From the NCBI GenBank assembly GCA_963820825.1, contig CAWGBN010000008.1, positions 576,001-640,000 on the forward strand: a DNA stretch of 64,000 nt. Direction: 5' to 3'. This stretch comes from Vulcanimicrobiota bacterium (GTDB lineage Bacteria > Vulcanimicrobiota > Vulcanimicrobiia > Vulcanimicrobiales > Vulcanimicrobiaceae). Shown here one piece after another: positions 1-10,519 of the stretch. A program made the translations under genes and the position numbers. A model generated the notes under the pieces. The model was given only the letters and a program-made list of their open reading frames with translations, made no database searches and was not told the origin of the DNA. Position 1 is the first letter of the stretch, and every line of letters starts with the position of its first letter.

Positions 1-62
1 AGAGCAGCGGCGTGATTTTCTGTTCGGTGCCTACCATTGCGAAGTCGTTTCCTTTCTTTATG

Positions 63-803
63 CTAAAGTCGTTCGAGCAGCGACTCGTCGTCTAAGCGCG
101 CGAGTTCGGGTGGCACGCGCTTGCGCACGCGCGCCGCGAGCGACGCCGCGATCTCTGCGCGCCGAGCCTCGTCGAACGCGTGGCGCCGTTCGAGGAAGCG
201 TTTGATCAGCGCGCGTTCGTCGCCGTTGAGATAGGCCGTTGCGGCGTAGGCCGGTTCTTCACGCTGTTGCGCGAGCGCGCTCGGAGCGGCAAGGCGTGCG
301 TCACGGACGACGATCGTCCCGGCGGCGAGGTCGCCGAGCCGTTTGTTCTCGGGTGAGATCAGCGCGCTGATCGCCGCGATGATGTAGTAGCCGAAGATCC
401 ATTCGCCCACGCGAATGAGATTGCGAATCAGCGAGGCGCCGAAGTCGATCGGATAACCGCCGTCGCGCACGACGCGCAGCCCGAGGAGTTTCTTGCCGGG
501 AGTCTGCCCGTTCCATGCCGACTCGAAGACGATGAAGTAACCGAAGAGCACCGTGAAGACGATGACGATCAACATCGCGATGGCGATGCTGAACGCGAGC
601 TTGTCGGATGCCGGCGCGGCGGCAGCGTGACGGGCGGCGGCCGCACGCGATCCGGCCAGAATCAGTCCGCCGAAAATCGCGACGAGCGCGAGGATTTGGA
701 TCGCCTGGTCGATCATGAGCGCGAGGAATCGACTCCCCAAACCGGCGAGCTCGTAGTGAAACGCGATGCTTTCGGGCGTGCGAACCTCAAGCGTCCGATC
801 CAT
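63..803 (-). CDS. RDD family membrane protein
   Basis: ATG at 803 (MDRTLEVRTPESIAFHYELAGLGSRFLA); RDD motifs GQTPGKKLLGLRVV and KRLGDLAAGTIVV; hydrophobic segments. Confidence 0.9.
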   Translation of the reverse strand: MDRTLEVRTPESIAFHYELAGLGSRFLALMIDQAIQILALVAIFGGLILAGSRAAAARHAAAAPASDKLAFSIAIAMLIVIVFTVLFGYFIVFESAWNGQTPGKKLLGLRVVRDGGYPIDFGASLIRNLIRVGEWIFGYYIIAAISALISPENKRLGDLAAGTIVVRDARLAAPSALAQQREEPAYAATAYLNGDERALIKRFLERRHAFDEARRAEIAASLAARVRKRVPPELARLDDESLLERL

Positions 804-854
804 AACGATCGAGGCGTAGGTTCGACGGCGACGGCTCGCCAACTCTTCTCCGCG

Positions 855-1805
855 TTGAACCAGAGCACGTTCGTCTCGCGCCGCTCGCCAACGTGGCAGG
901 AACTCGAACGCCTCCTGCGGCGCGGCGTTCGCCGCTTGCGCCCCGACGAGGTCGAGGGCCTCGGCCGGCTCTACCGCGCGACGACGAGCGATCTGGCCTA
1001 CGCGCAAGGGCGCGGCTTCGACGCCGCGCTGCTCGAATATCTCAATCGCACCGTCGCTCGCGCGCACGCTCAGGTCTACGCTAGCGGATCCGAGAGCGGC
1101 TTTCGGCGCATAGCGACTCTCTACGCGCGCACCTTCCCGCAAGAGGTTCGCCGGTCGTGGCCATACTTTGCGATCTGCACCGCGCTCACGGTCGTCTGCG
1201 CGGTCGTCGCCTACGTGCTCGTTCGCAGCCATCCCAACGATGCCTACGCGCTGCTGCCCAAGATGCTCGTCTCGGAGAGGATTCGTAAGAGCCTTCACGA
1301 TTCGAACTTTGCCGTCGAAACGAGTTTCGCGCCGGCGATGTCGGCGGCGATCATCGCCAACAACGTGAAGGTTGCAATCATTGCATTCGCGGGCTGCATC
1401 ACCTTAGGCGCGGCGACGATTTGGATCATCGCCACCAACGGTCTGATGCTCGGCGGGATGGGCGCGCTCTTCACCAACGCGGGATTCGGGCGCGATTTTT
1501 GGGCGACGATCGCGCCCCACGGCGTGATCGAGCTGACCGCGATCCAGATCGCCGGTGCCGCGGGCTTACTCATCGCGGCGGCGATGATCTATCCGGGACG
1601 AATGCGCCGGCGCGATCTGATCGTGGCCAACGCGCGGCGCGCCGGCACGCTCATCGTTGGCGTCGCGTCGATGCTCGTCGTCGCGGGAACGATCGAAGCC
1701 TTTATCTCGCCGCGCCGCCTGCCCGAATCGACCCGGATCGCCGTCGGCATCGCGACGGCCGTTATCTTGCTCTATTATTTTGTATTTGCGGGTCGCCGGA
1801 GATGA
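855..1805 (+). CDS. Stage II sporulation protein M (DUF95) family membrane protein
   Basis: TTG at 855; LYRATTSDLAYA, NNVKVA and IAPHGVIELTAI motifs; AGTIEAFISP near the C-terminus; divergent from the RDD gene. Confidence 0.88.
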   Translation: MNQSTFVSRRSPTWQELERLLRRGVRRLRPDEVEGLGRLYRATTSDLAYAQGRGFDAALLEYLNRTVARAHAQVYASGSESGFRRIATLYARTFPQEVRRSWPYFAICTALTVVCAVVAYVLVRSHPNDAYALLPKMLVSERIRKSLHDSNFAVETSFAPAMSAAIIANNVKVAIIAFAGCITLGAATIWIIATNGLMLGGMGALFTNAGFGRDFWATIAPHGVIELTAIQIAGAAGLLIAAAMIYPGRMRRRDLIVANARRAGTLIVGVASMLVVAGTIEAFISPRRLPESTRIAVGIATAVILLYYFVFAGRRR

Positions 1806-2155
1806 GCGGCGCGATCGATATGCACGGCGGTCAGTTCGCAGACCGCGTAAATCTCGTCGCACTCCGCGTTGCGCATCTCGTGAACGAACGTCATCTTGCG
1901 TTCGCCGATGCTGATGATGCGCGAGCGGATCTCGACGATATCGCCCGGGAAGAGCTCGCGTTTATACGTGATGGTCTGCTGCACGCCCGCAGCCCCGGCG
2001 TTGGCCTCGCGCAAATATGCGGGCGTCATCCCGACGGCGGCAAGTAAGCTCCAGGTCGCCTCGTCGAACTTTCCCACGTAATACATCACGTTCATGTGAC
2101 CCATGTGATCGCATTGCCAAGGGTAGACCGCTCCACGATAGGTCAGCATCGCCAT
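1775..2155 (-). CDS. Acyl-CoA thioesterase (4HBT/hotdog fold)
   Basis: VYPWQCDHMGHMNV motif, YKRELFPGD. Confidence 0.85.
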   Translation of the reverse strand: MAMLTYRGAVYPWQCDHMGHMNVMYYVGKFDEATWSLLAAVGMTPAYLREANAGAAGVQQTITYKRELFPGDIVEIRSRIISIGERKMTFVHEMRNAECDEIYAVCELTAVHIDRAAHLRRPANTK

Positions 2156-2164
2156 GGCTCGAGA

Positions 2165-3505
2165 TTATAACAGACCCCGGCGCTTAACGCGCAGATACTC
2201 GTCGATCAGCGCCGTCGTCAACTTCTTCGCCGGAACGTCGATGACCAGAACGCGCCGGCACGCTCGAGGATCACCCGGGCGAGTTGGCGTTCGTTGGCGA
2301 GCCCGAGCGCGACCTTAGCCCGATAGGCGGTAGCGACGCTCTGCGGCGTCGGCGAGCGCGCTGCCGACGGCGGCATCGTTCATGAAGACGCAGACGAGCA
2401 GATGATGCTTCGCGAGCGAGCCGACCTCGGCCATCACCGCGCCTGCGCGATCGGATCGATCACGTCGGTGAGAAAGACGATCAGCGAGCGCTTGTGCAAG
2501 TGATGGCGCAGATAGGCGAAGGCGCGCGTGTAGTTCGATTCTTCGAAGCGCGGTTCGAGGTCGTACAGGGCGTCGGAGAGATGGGCGATCGACGAACGCG
2601 TCGAACGCGGCGCGGCTCGCGGCGATGATTTCGTGAGCGAAAGCGACGAGACCGACGCGATCGCTGACGAGGCCGGCGATCGTGGCGAGCGATAGTGCCG
2701 CGGTGACCGCATAGTCGAGCTTCCGCCGGTCGTCGATGCGTGCCGTCATCAGCCGCCCGCAGTCGAGCAGCAGCATCACGTTTGGCTGCGCTCGACTTCG
2801 TGCTGCGCGACCATCAGCTTGCCGCGCCGCGCCGTCGCCTTCCAGTCGACCACGCGGAAGGCGTCGCCGTCGCTCCATTCGCGCAGCGATTCGAACTCGG
2901 TGCCGAGCCGCGCAGCTTGAATGCGGCGCAGTCCCGCCTCGATGGTGCGATTGCGCAGGTGAAGTGCCCCGTAGCGCTCGACCGCGCAGAGGTCGGGAAA
3001 GACGCGGATCGCCTGCGGCGCGGCGACGTCGTTGGCGCCGGCGCAACAAACCGAGCGCGATTTTCATACCAGACGTAGAGCGGCTGCAGCTCGTCGGCAC
3101 CGCGCGTACACCGGCGTCACGGCTCGTGCGTCGTTGCGAGGCTCTGCGGCCGGGACGACCGCGACGAGCTCGTCGATTTCGAAGCGCAGCGTTGCACGGG
3201 CGTTTCGACGATGGCCAGACCCGCACCGCGACGCGCGAGCGATTTTCGACGCTATAGGAGAGGTCGGCGGGCACGCCCAGCGCAAAGTGCTTCGGCGGCG
3301 TGCGCTCGATTCGCAATCGCGAGGCCGGCGGTCCCATAATCGCGTCGGCGATGGTCGCAGCCGAGAGCGCGACGGCGAGCGCGAGCGCCAACGGAATGAA
3401 GAGCGCGACGCCGGGCGAGAGCGCGAGCAGCAGCGCGATCGCCGCAAGCGCCCAGAGAAATCGCGCGGTAATCCACGGCGGAAGCCAGATACGAGCCTCG
3501 GGCAC
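2165..3505 (-). pseudogene. DUF58 (vWA-like) protein, split by several frameshifts (probably sequencing indels)
   Basis: Fragments in different frames: N-terminal TM segment, NVMLLLDCGRLM, DRVGLVAF, ESNYTRAFAYL...KRSLIVFLTD, and C-terminus LIDEYLRVKRRGLL with stop at 2165-2167. Confidence 0.8.
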
Positions 3506-3510
3506 TCAGA

Positions 3511-4475
3511 TTACGATGGCGCGTCGCCGGGGACGGGGACCTCGACAGCACGTCGTGCAGCACGTCGTGCGCGGAGATGCCCTCGATCTCGGCGTCGGGA
3601 GCGACGATCAGACGATGCGGAATGACGAAATCCGCGACGTCTTTGACGTCGTCGGGAGTTGCGAAGTCGCGCCCGGCGATCGCGGCGGCCGCCTGTGCCG
3701 CGACGAGCAGTTGAATCCCGGCGCGCGGCGATGCACCGAGCGTCAAACGCGGATGCGTACGCGTCGCCGCCACAACGCGATACGTGTACTCGCGCAGCCC
3801 GTCGGAGAGGTGCACGCGGCGGACGTCTCTCTGTGCTTCGATCACCTCCGCCGCGTTGGTGACCGGTTCGAGATGCGACGCCTCCAAATCGCGCGCGTCG
3901 AAGCCGGCGGCGGTGCGCGCGAGCAGCTCGAGCTCTTGCGCCTGTTGCGGGTACGACGACTCGATCTTGATCATGAAACGATCGAGCTGCGCCTCGGGAA
4001 GCGGATAGGTGCCTTCGTACTCGATCGGGTTCTGCGTCGCGGCGAGCAGAAACGGCTGCGGCAGCGGATAGGAGACGCCGTCGATCGTGATGCGGCCCTC
4101 TTCCATTGCCTCGAGCAGCGCCGACTGCGTCTTGGGCGGCGTACGGTTCACCTCGTCGGCGAGCACGACGTTGGCGACGATCGGACCGGTGCGGGTGGTG
4201 AACTGCGCGGTCTGCGGATTGAAGACGGTCGTCCCGACGACGTCGGAGGGCATCAAGTCGGGCGTAAAGGCGATGCGCCGGAACTCCACGCCCAAAAGCA
4301 GCGCGAGCGCGCGCACCGCAAGGGTCTTTCCGGTGCCCGGCACGCCTTCGATCAGCACGTGGCTGCGGGCGAATAGCGCGATCGTCAGGCCCAACGTCAT
4401 ACGATCCGCGCCGACCAAGACGCGCTCCATTCCGGACTCGATGCGTCCGGCAACCTCTTGCACCGATGCGCTCAC
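3511..4475 (-). CDS. moxR: MoxR family AAA+ ATPase (one frameshift near 3545)
   Basis: Walker A GVPGTGKT, FTPDLMPSD, LADEVNRTPPKTQSALLEAM, ATQNPIEYEGTYPLPEAQLDRF, GASPRA; natural C-terminus VPVPGDAPS and TAA at 3511-3513 lie in a shifted frame. Confidence 0.93.
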
Positions 4476-5437
4476 GCGTGCTCCTTTCGCAGACGATACT
4501 CCGCGATCGCGCGTCTTACTACCTCGCGGTCATCCGGACGGCGGTGCGAGCGGCGCATCAGCTCGGCTACCGCGGTGATATAGTGCGATGAGTCGCGCTC
4601 GTCGGGCGGATTGGCCAGATACGGCGGTGCGAACGGCACGTTGGCGCCGATTAGCGCGATGACCGCGAGCGCGAGAACGATCCAGACCGCGGCGTGCACC
4701 GGGCCCGGAAGTACGCCCCACATCGTCGGACTCTCGCTGTAGCCGTGGGCGAACTCGTCGAAGGCAACCGCGCCGTGACCGGCGATGACGTTATAGGCAA
4801 AGCGCAGGTTATCGCCGTTACGCAGCTGCTCGTTGCCGAAGAGCTGGGGCGCGGTCACCGCGATCACCTCGCCACGACCGTAGCGATACCAAACCGCGAC
4901 CATGCCTTTTCCGTTGGCGAGCAGCGGAATGCCGTGCCGTTCTTTGAAGGGAAAGGTCCAGTCGATCGAGCCGCGCACCGCAGCGACTCCGGTCGTATAG
5001 GCGTTACGCGCAAGAACGATCGCCTCATTGCCTCCGGGCGTCTGCAGCGACGTTCCGACTCCGGGCGTTACGTCTTGCGGTCCGGCAAACTCGGCATCGA
5101 TGGCAACGAATCGCCCTCCACCAGTAATGAAGCTGCGCAGCCTCTCCATGTCGCGCTGGTCGAGCGGTTTCGCGGAGGGATCGTGTTCGTAACCGGTGAG
5201 CACGAGCGTCTTGATCGACGGATCGATCGCCGGCAGCTCGCGTTCGAATCGCTGCACCGGAACGCCGGCGGCGGCGAGGACGCCGAAGAGTGCGCGGTAG
5301 CCGTTCGGACCCGTGTCGTAGGTCGAGTAGACCGACGGGTGCTCCTTCCGTTCGATCGCGGTGCGTTCGTAGGCGAGCACCACGAGCACGACCGCACAGG
5401 CCGCGAGAATGACGAGATCGAGCGGGCGCCGTCTCAC
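4472..5437 (-). CDS. DUF4350 domain membrane-anchored protein
   Basis: N-terminal TM, STYDTGPNGYRAL, FDEFAHGY, C-terminal TM; position in the MoxR operon with 4-bp overlaps. Confidence 0.8.
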   Translation of the reverse strand: MRRRPLDLVILAACAVVLVVLAYERTAIERKEHPSVYSTYDTGPNGYRALFGVLAAAGVPVQRFERELPAIDPSIKTLVLTGYEHDPSAKPLDQRDMERLRSFITGGGRFVAIDAEFAGPQDVTPGVGTSLQTPGGNEAIVLARNAYTTGVAAVRGSIDWTFPFKERHGIPLLANGKGMVAVWYRYGRGEVIAVTAPQLFGNEQLRNGDNLRFAYNVIAGHGAVAFDEFAHGYSESPTMWGVLPGPVHAAVWIVLALAVIALIGANVPFAPPYLANPPDERDSSHYITAVAELMRRSHRRPDDREVVRRAIAEYRLRKEHA

Positions 5438-6201
5438 GCTTGCGCGCCGCTAAGATGCTCGAATGCGTCACGAGCCCGCTGCCATTGCGCTTCGTCAACC
5501 GCGCGCTCGGCATAGGCTCGCTGCACGAAAGGCGCCGAAACCGCATCGAACGGCGCAACGAACGCGCTGTGATGCGCGCGCAGTCTTTGGCGCAGATCGC
5601 CGACCGTCGCGCTCGATGCCGCGTCGATCGCGCCTTGACGGTCGAGCAATGCGACGGTCGCGGCGAAGAGCAGCAGCGCCGCAGCGCCGTAATCGCCGTC
5701 GTTGGCCGCCACGCAGGCGCGCTTGTAGAGTCCACGCGGCGAGGGAGGCTCCCGCAGCGGCGCGGTCTGCACGCGCGCGGCCGAACGTTCGAGCTGCACC
5801 GCGACCAGCATCCGAATGACCACGTAGAGGAAGAGCACTCCAACGGCGACGAGCAGCACGTCGCCGATGTCGGCGGCCGCGGCGCGACTGACCCGTGCGC
5901 GTCCGAAGAGCGCCCGCCAGAGAGAATGCCACCGATCGGCGATCCAGTTCCACGCGCGCTGCCACCACGCTTCACCCGCCGTCGCTGCAGGCGGATGCGC
6001 GAGGCGATAGCGTCCGGGAGTCGAGAACTCGCGGCGCGCGAGCGCCTGCAAGTCGGGCACCACCGAAGCGCTGGAAGCGACGCTCGGTCCGGCATCGAGC
6101 CGGGCGATCGAATGGGCACGATTTGCAGCGAGCCAGCGGCCGATCAGCGCTTCGCGTGAAGGCGCCGCGATCGCAAGCGTCATCGCGGCGACGGCGATCA
6201 C
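5434..6201 (-). CDS. DUF4129 domain protein
   Basis: Signal/TM segments; C-terminal GDYGAAALLLF...ATVGDL...FVQRAYA pattern; operon context. Confidence 0.7.
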   Translation of the reverse strand: MIAVAAMTLAIAAPSREALIGRWLAANRAHSIARLDAGPSVASSASVVPDLQALARREFSTPGRYRLAHPPAATAGEAWWQRAWNWIADRWHSLWRALFGRARVSRAAAADIGDVLLVAVGVLFLYVVIRMLVAVQLERSAARVQTAPLREPPSPRGLYKRACVAANDGDYGAAALLLFAATVALLDRQGAIDAASSATVGDLRQRLRAHHSAFVAPFDAVSAPFVQRAYAERAVDEAQWQRARDAFEHLSGAQA

Positions 6202-7136
6202 GCCGGTTCCGCGGCGTGCAGGCGCTCGAGGCTTGCCTCGAGGTCGTATCCCTCGCGGCGAATGCGCACGTCGAAGTAATAGATCGCAAAGACGATCACC
6301 ACGAAGGGATTGATGAAAGCGGTCGGCAGCGTTTGGACGACGGCTTGCAGCAGCGCTAGGTGCGCCAGCGCCGTCAATATCCCCAAGATGCTGAACATCG
6401 TCGAGGCGCCGAAGGTAATCGCCCCGACGGCGACCGCAAAGAGTATCGAACGCCAGAACTCGCTACGGTTGAGCACGCGCGCAAATCCGAGCTGCACCGC
6501 GGCCATCACGTCGCGCTCTTCGATGACGACGCCGTACATCGCAAAGGCGAGTGCGACGACCAGCGGTGCCAGTAGGAGCAAAGCCAGAAAGAACATGATG
6601 AAAAACGCGATCGTCGCGAGCGCGAATCCCAGCGCCGGAACGATCGCCGTGAGCGCCATGGTGATAAAGATGAAAGCGATCACGACGATGACCACGATCA
6701 GATACCAGCCGAGCACGATGACGAACTCGAGGCCCATCAGGGCAAGAATCTGCGGCCACCGGTGCAGCACCGCTTCGTAGCAGGCGCGAAACTCGACCGG
6801 GCGGTCGCGATAGAGGCGCGCGACACCAACGGCAACGGCGTTCATCACGAACGGCGCCATCAAATAGGCCAAGAGGACTACGACGAGCGAGATCGCGATC
6901 GCGGACGGTGAGTCGAGAATCGTTGGAACGTGCTCGGTACGCACGCTCTGTGGATTGATCAAGACGCGGATCATCGCGTCGTACTCCGGCTGCTCGGTCA
7001 CTGCAAGGATGTACTGCAAGATCGCAAACGGCACGACCAAGACCATGACGATCGCCGCGAACGGAACGAAGTTCCGGATATAGAGCGTCACGGCACGGTC
7101 GAAGATCTCGCCGAATCCGAGAGGTCGCAACTCCAT
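6198..7136 (-). CDS. Multi-pass membrane protein (GDPD-membrane-domain-like), first gene of the MoxR operon
   Basis: MELRPLGFGEIFDRAVTLY N-terminus and YFDVRIRREGYDL C-terminus, typical of this cluster. Confidence 0.8.
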   Translation of the reverse strand: MELRPLGFGEIFDRAVTLYIRNFVPFAAIVMVLVVPFAILQYILAVTEQPEYDAMIRVLINPQSVRTEHVPTILDSPSAIAISLVVVLLAYLMAPFVMNAVAVGVARLYRDRPVEFRACYEAVLHRWPQILALMGLEFVIVLGWYLIVVIVVIAFIFITMALTAIVPALGFALATIAFFIMFFLALLLLAPLVVALAFAMYGVVIEERDVMAAVQLGFARVLNRSEFWRSILFAVAVGAITFGASTMFSILGILTALAHLALLQAVVQTLPTAFINPFVVIVFAIYYFDVRIRREGYDLEASLERLHAAEPA

Positions 7137-7158
7137 TGCCGGGCGGGTTCTTGCTCGC

Positions 7159-7977
7159 TTAGGCCGGCACCCCCGCGCTGCCGTTCACGCGCGTCCACGC
7201 GCCGATCTGCAGCGGCAAAAAGAGATGGCCGCCGGCGGCGAGCGTCTCGCGCTCCAAACGCTCGGCGAAGGAGTCGACGTCGAGGTGGCCGGCCGAGACC
7301 GCGGCGTTGCCGCGCGTCGCCGGGAGCAGTTCGCGAAGCGTCGATTCGAAGAACGCATAGCCGAGCGAGCCGGCGCCGTGAACGACGCGCAGTTCGCTGC
7401 GCACCCCCGGGAGCGACAGTCCGGCCTCGGTAAAAAGATTTACCAGCCGCAGGCCCATGTCGACGTGCACGCCGGCGTCGCGCATCGTCGCGATCGACCA
7501 GCGCGCGAACCGGCGGTAGAGCGGCACGTGCGGCCAATCCGACGTTTGCGGCCAGAGGATCGAATCGTAGTGCCACTCTTGGAAGACGATTCGTCCGCCC
7601 TCGTGGACGAGACGCGCGGCGGCCCGGATCGCTTCGGCGGGCTCGCGGTCGCGCATCAGATAGAATCGGCCGATTACCGCGTCCACCGGCTCCTCGAGGT
7701 GCAGATCGCGCAGCTCTCCCGCGCGAAACTCGATGCGGTCGAAGCCTTCGGCCTCGGCGCGCCGGCAGGCGCGATCCACGTTGCGCAAATCGGCATCGAT
7801 TCCGATGACTGTACCGTCGCGTCCGACGCGCTCGGCGACGAGCAGCGCGAGATCGGCGAGATCGGGTCCGATGACCAGGACGCGCATCCCCGGAGTGATG
7901 CCCGAGCATGCGAGCAGCTCCTCGGTTAGCGGTTGCGCGAAGGCCGCCTCGACGGCCGGGGTGAGTTGCGTTCTCAT
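7159..7977 (-). CDS. Class I SAM-dependent methyltransferase-fold protein with degenerate motif I
   Basis: GITPGMRVLVIGPD, GTVIGID, DAVIGRFYLM, GGRIVFQE. Confidence 0.75.
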   Translation of the reverse strand: MRTQLTPAVEAAFAQPLTEELLACSGITPGMRVLVIGPDLADLALLVAERVGRDGTVIGIDADLRNVDRACRRAEAEGFDRIEFRAGELRDLHLEEPVDAVIGRFYLMRDREPAEAIRAAARLVHEGGRIVFQEWHYDSILWPQTSDWPHVPLYRRFARWSIATMRDAGVHVDMGLRLVNLFTEAGLSLPGVRSELRVVHGAGSLGYAFFESTLRELLPATRGNAAVSAGHLDVDSFAERLERETLAAGGHLFLPLQIGAWTRVNGSAGVPA

Positions 7978-8053
7978 GGCACCATTCTCGCTTCCGGCAG
8001 ACCCGAAGACCACGAAGATACTAACATTTTCGCCCCGAAGACTCGCTCGTACC

Positions 8054-10510
8054 GTGGCCGAGCAGCTCGGAGAGTTACTGCGCTCGCTTCGTTCCGCCGC
8101 TCTGCTCTCGCAAGAGGCACTCGCGGAGCGCTCGGGACTCTCCACGCGCACCGTCAGCGATATCGAGACCGGTTCGGCGCGCACGCCGCGGTTGATCACG
8201 GTCATGCTGCTCGCCGAGGCGATGGCTCTCTCCGAGGCCGACCGCACGCGGCTCCAGGATGCCGCCCGCCGGCCGGCCGCGCGCCCAGCCGGCACGAAGA
8301 CGTTCTCACCGAGTTTGGCACTGCAGGCGACGCCGCTGGTTGGGCGCGATCGCGATGCCGAACAGGTCGGCGCGCTGCTCCTACGCGACGATGTCACGCT
8401 CGTCACCCTCGTCGGACCGGCCGGCGTCGGAAAGACCAGCCTCGCAAACCGCGTCGCCGCCGATTGCGCGGCCGCGTTCGAAGACGCTGCCGCGGTCGCC
8501 GAACTCGCGCCGATCGGCGAACCCTCACACGTTCCCGCGGTGGTTGCGCGCGCGTTGGGAATACGGGAATCGGGCGATACGCCGGCGAGCGAAGCGGTGG
8601 TCGCGTACCTGCGAGACCGCGCGATGCTGCTCGTGCTGGAGAATCTCGAGCATCTCACGCCCGCGGCTGCATGGATCGGCACGCTGCTCGCGCAATCGCC
8701 GCGCCTGACGATTCTCGCGACGAGCCGCGAGCCGCTCCATTTGAAGGCGGAGCGCATCTTCACCGTGCGTCCGCTCGACAAAGCCTCGGCGGTGCAGCTC
8801 TTCGTCGAACGTGCGCAGATGGTGAAGCCCGAGTTTGCGCTCAACGCGGGAAACGCAGAGGCCGTCGACACGATCGTCGACCATCTCGACGGATTGCCGC
8901 TCGCGATCGAGCTGGCCGCACCGCGGTTATTGCTGCTCCCGCCGAAGGCGCTCGCCGCGCGACTCGAGCGGCGTCTTCCGCTGCTCGGCGACGGCGCGAG
9001 CGATCGTCCGGCGCGCCAACAGACGATGCACGGGGCAATCGCGTGGAGCTACGATCTTCTCTCCGAATCCGAACAGCGGCTCTTCCGGCGTCTGGGCGTG
9101 TTGCACGGCGGCGGAACGCTCGAAGCGGCCGCAGCCATCGCCGCCGGCGATCGCGACGAACGCTCGATTCTCTTCCGGCTCGCGCCGCTGGTCGAGAAGA
9201 ACATGCTCTGGCTCGCGGAGGATTCCGAAGCGGAGCCGCGCGTCTCGATGCTCGAGATGCTCCGCGAGTTCGCCCACGAGCGCCTCGCCGAGAGCGACGA
9301 GCTCGCCGGCGCGCAGCGCCTCCATGCCGAGTATATGGTGGAGTTTACCGCCGGCGCCGCGCGCGATCTCAGCAGCTCGTCGCAAGCGCGACGGCTCGCA
9401 CACCTGGAGCGCGATTACGCAAACGTTCAAGCGGCGCTCGAATGGGCGGCCGCGAACGCGCAGGTCGAGCTGGGATTCCGTCTGTTGGGCGAGCTTTGGC
9501 GATTCTGGTGGCTGCACGGATATCTCAGCGAGGGAATGACCTGGATCCGGCGCTTTCTGTCGTTGCGAAACGGCCGGCCGACCGAAGTTCCCGAAGCGTT
9601 GTACGGCAACGTGTTGCGAGGGCACGTCGTGCTGCTCTCTGCCCTGGGAAGTTTCGACGAAGCACGAACAACCTGCCAGGAGGCGATCGCGCTGCAGCGG
9701 CGGCTCGGCGACGAGGCCGGACTCGCGGCCTCGCTCACCTCGCTCGGCGTCATCTACCAGTTCAACGGCGAGCACGATCGCTCGGAGGAGTCGCACGCCG
9801 AGAGCCTCGCGATCCGGCGGAGGATCGGCGACGAATCCGGCATCGCCACCTCGCTCTCGAACCTCTCGTCGGTGGCGTACGGCAAGAACGATCTCGCGCG
9901 CGCGGCCGCATTCGGCGACGAGAGCGTCGCAATCTACCGGCGCCTCGGACACGAATCGGGGATCGCGCACGCGCTCATGAAGATCGGGCTCGTCGCGGCG
10001 GCGAAAGGCGAGTACGATCGCGCGGAGGAGCTCTTCAACGAGTGCCTGCGCATGCAGCGCGCGGTCGGCAACACCGGAAGCATTCTCTACTCGCTGGTGA
10101 ACCTCGGCGCGGTCGCGCACAAGCGCGGTAAATACGCGCTCGCCATGGAGCGCTACCACGAGGCGCTCGACCTGCTCGAAGCGACGCCGAATAAGGCGGC
10201 GCTGGTGAAGACGTTCGAAGATATCGCGGCGGCGAGCGCTGCGCTCGGCGATCCCGCGAAGGGTGCGCGTCTGCTCGGCGCAGCCGACGCGATCCGCCGT
10301 ACGATCCGTTCGCCGCTCTTTCCCTCGGAGCAAGCCGAATACGAAGCGACGATCGCGGCGATGCGGGCACAGCTCGGCGAGGATGCGTTCGACGTGCAGT
10401 GGCGTATTGGGGCGAGCATCACGCTCGAGCGCGCGCTCGAAGAGGCCCGCGAAACGCGAGTGCCGACTGCGGCGGACCGCAATCGGCACGTAGGTGCGTC
10501 TCATGTTTGA
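8054..10510 (+). CDS. XRE-HTH / NB-ARC-like NTPase / TPR regulator
   Basis: LSQEALAERSGLSTRTVSDIE (HTH), Walker A GPAGVGKT, GLPLAIEL, C-terminal TPR repeats; GTG start at 8054 inferred. Confidence 0.88.
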   Translation: MAEQLGELLRSLRSAALLSQEALAERSGLSTRTVSDIETGSARTPRLITVMLLAEAMALSEADRTRLQDAARRPAARPAGTKTFSPSLALQATPLVGRDRDAEQVGALLLRDDVTLVTLVGPAGVGKTSLANRVAADCAAAFEDAAAVAELAPIGEPSHVPAVVARALGIRESGDTPASEAVVAYLRDRAMLLVLENLEHLTPAAAWIGTLLAQSPRLTILATSREPLHLKAERIFTVRPLDKASAVQLFVERAQMVKPEFALNAGNAEAVDTIVDHLDGLPLAIELAAPRLLLLPPKALAARLERRLPLLGDGASDRPARQQTMHGAIAWSYDLLSESEQRLFRRLGVLHGGGTLEAAAAIAAGDRDERSILFRLAPLVEKNMLWLAEDSEAEPRVSMLEMLREFAHERLAESDELAGAQRLHAEYMVEFTAGAARDLSSSSQARRLAHLERDYANVQAALEWAAANAQVELGFRLLGELWRFWWLHGYLSEGMTWIRRFLSLRNGRPTEVPEALYGNVLRGHVVLLSALGSFDEARTTCQEAIALQRRLGDEAGLAASLTSLGVIYQFNGEHDRSEESHAESLAIRRRIGDESGIATSLSNLSSVAYGKNDLARAAAFGDESVAIYRRLGHESGIAHALMKIGLVAAAKGEYDRAEELFNECLRMQRAVGNTGSILYSLVNLGAVAHKRGKYALAMERYHEALDLLEATPNKAALVKTFEDIAAASAALGDPAKGARLLGAADAIRRTIRSPLFPSEQAEYEATIAAMRAQLGEDAFDVQWRIGASITLERALEEARETRVPTAADRNRHVGASHV

Positions 10511-10519
10511 GAGCGTCGT

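Noticed and set aside
2165..3550. Many frameshifts in the DUF58 gene and the 3' end of moxR, read as pseudogenisation or programmed frameshifting
   Set aside because: The indels are tightly clustered, the motifs are otherwise intact and I saw no slippery sites; low-quality consensus sequence is the simpler explanation. Needs a read check.
7933..10504. Long overlapping alternative-frame and antisense ORFs (732 aa, 525 aa and many others across the window)
   Set aside because: Arg/Ala-rich shadow ORFs expected from high-GC codon bias; no recognisable motifs.
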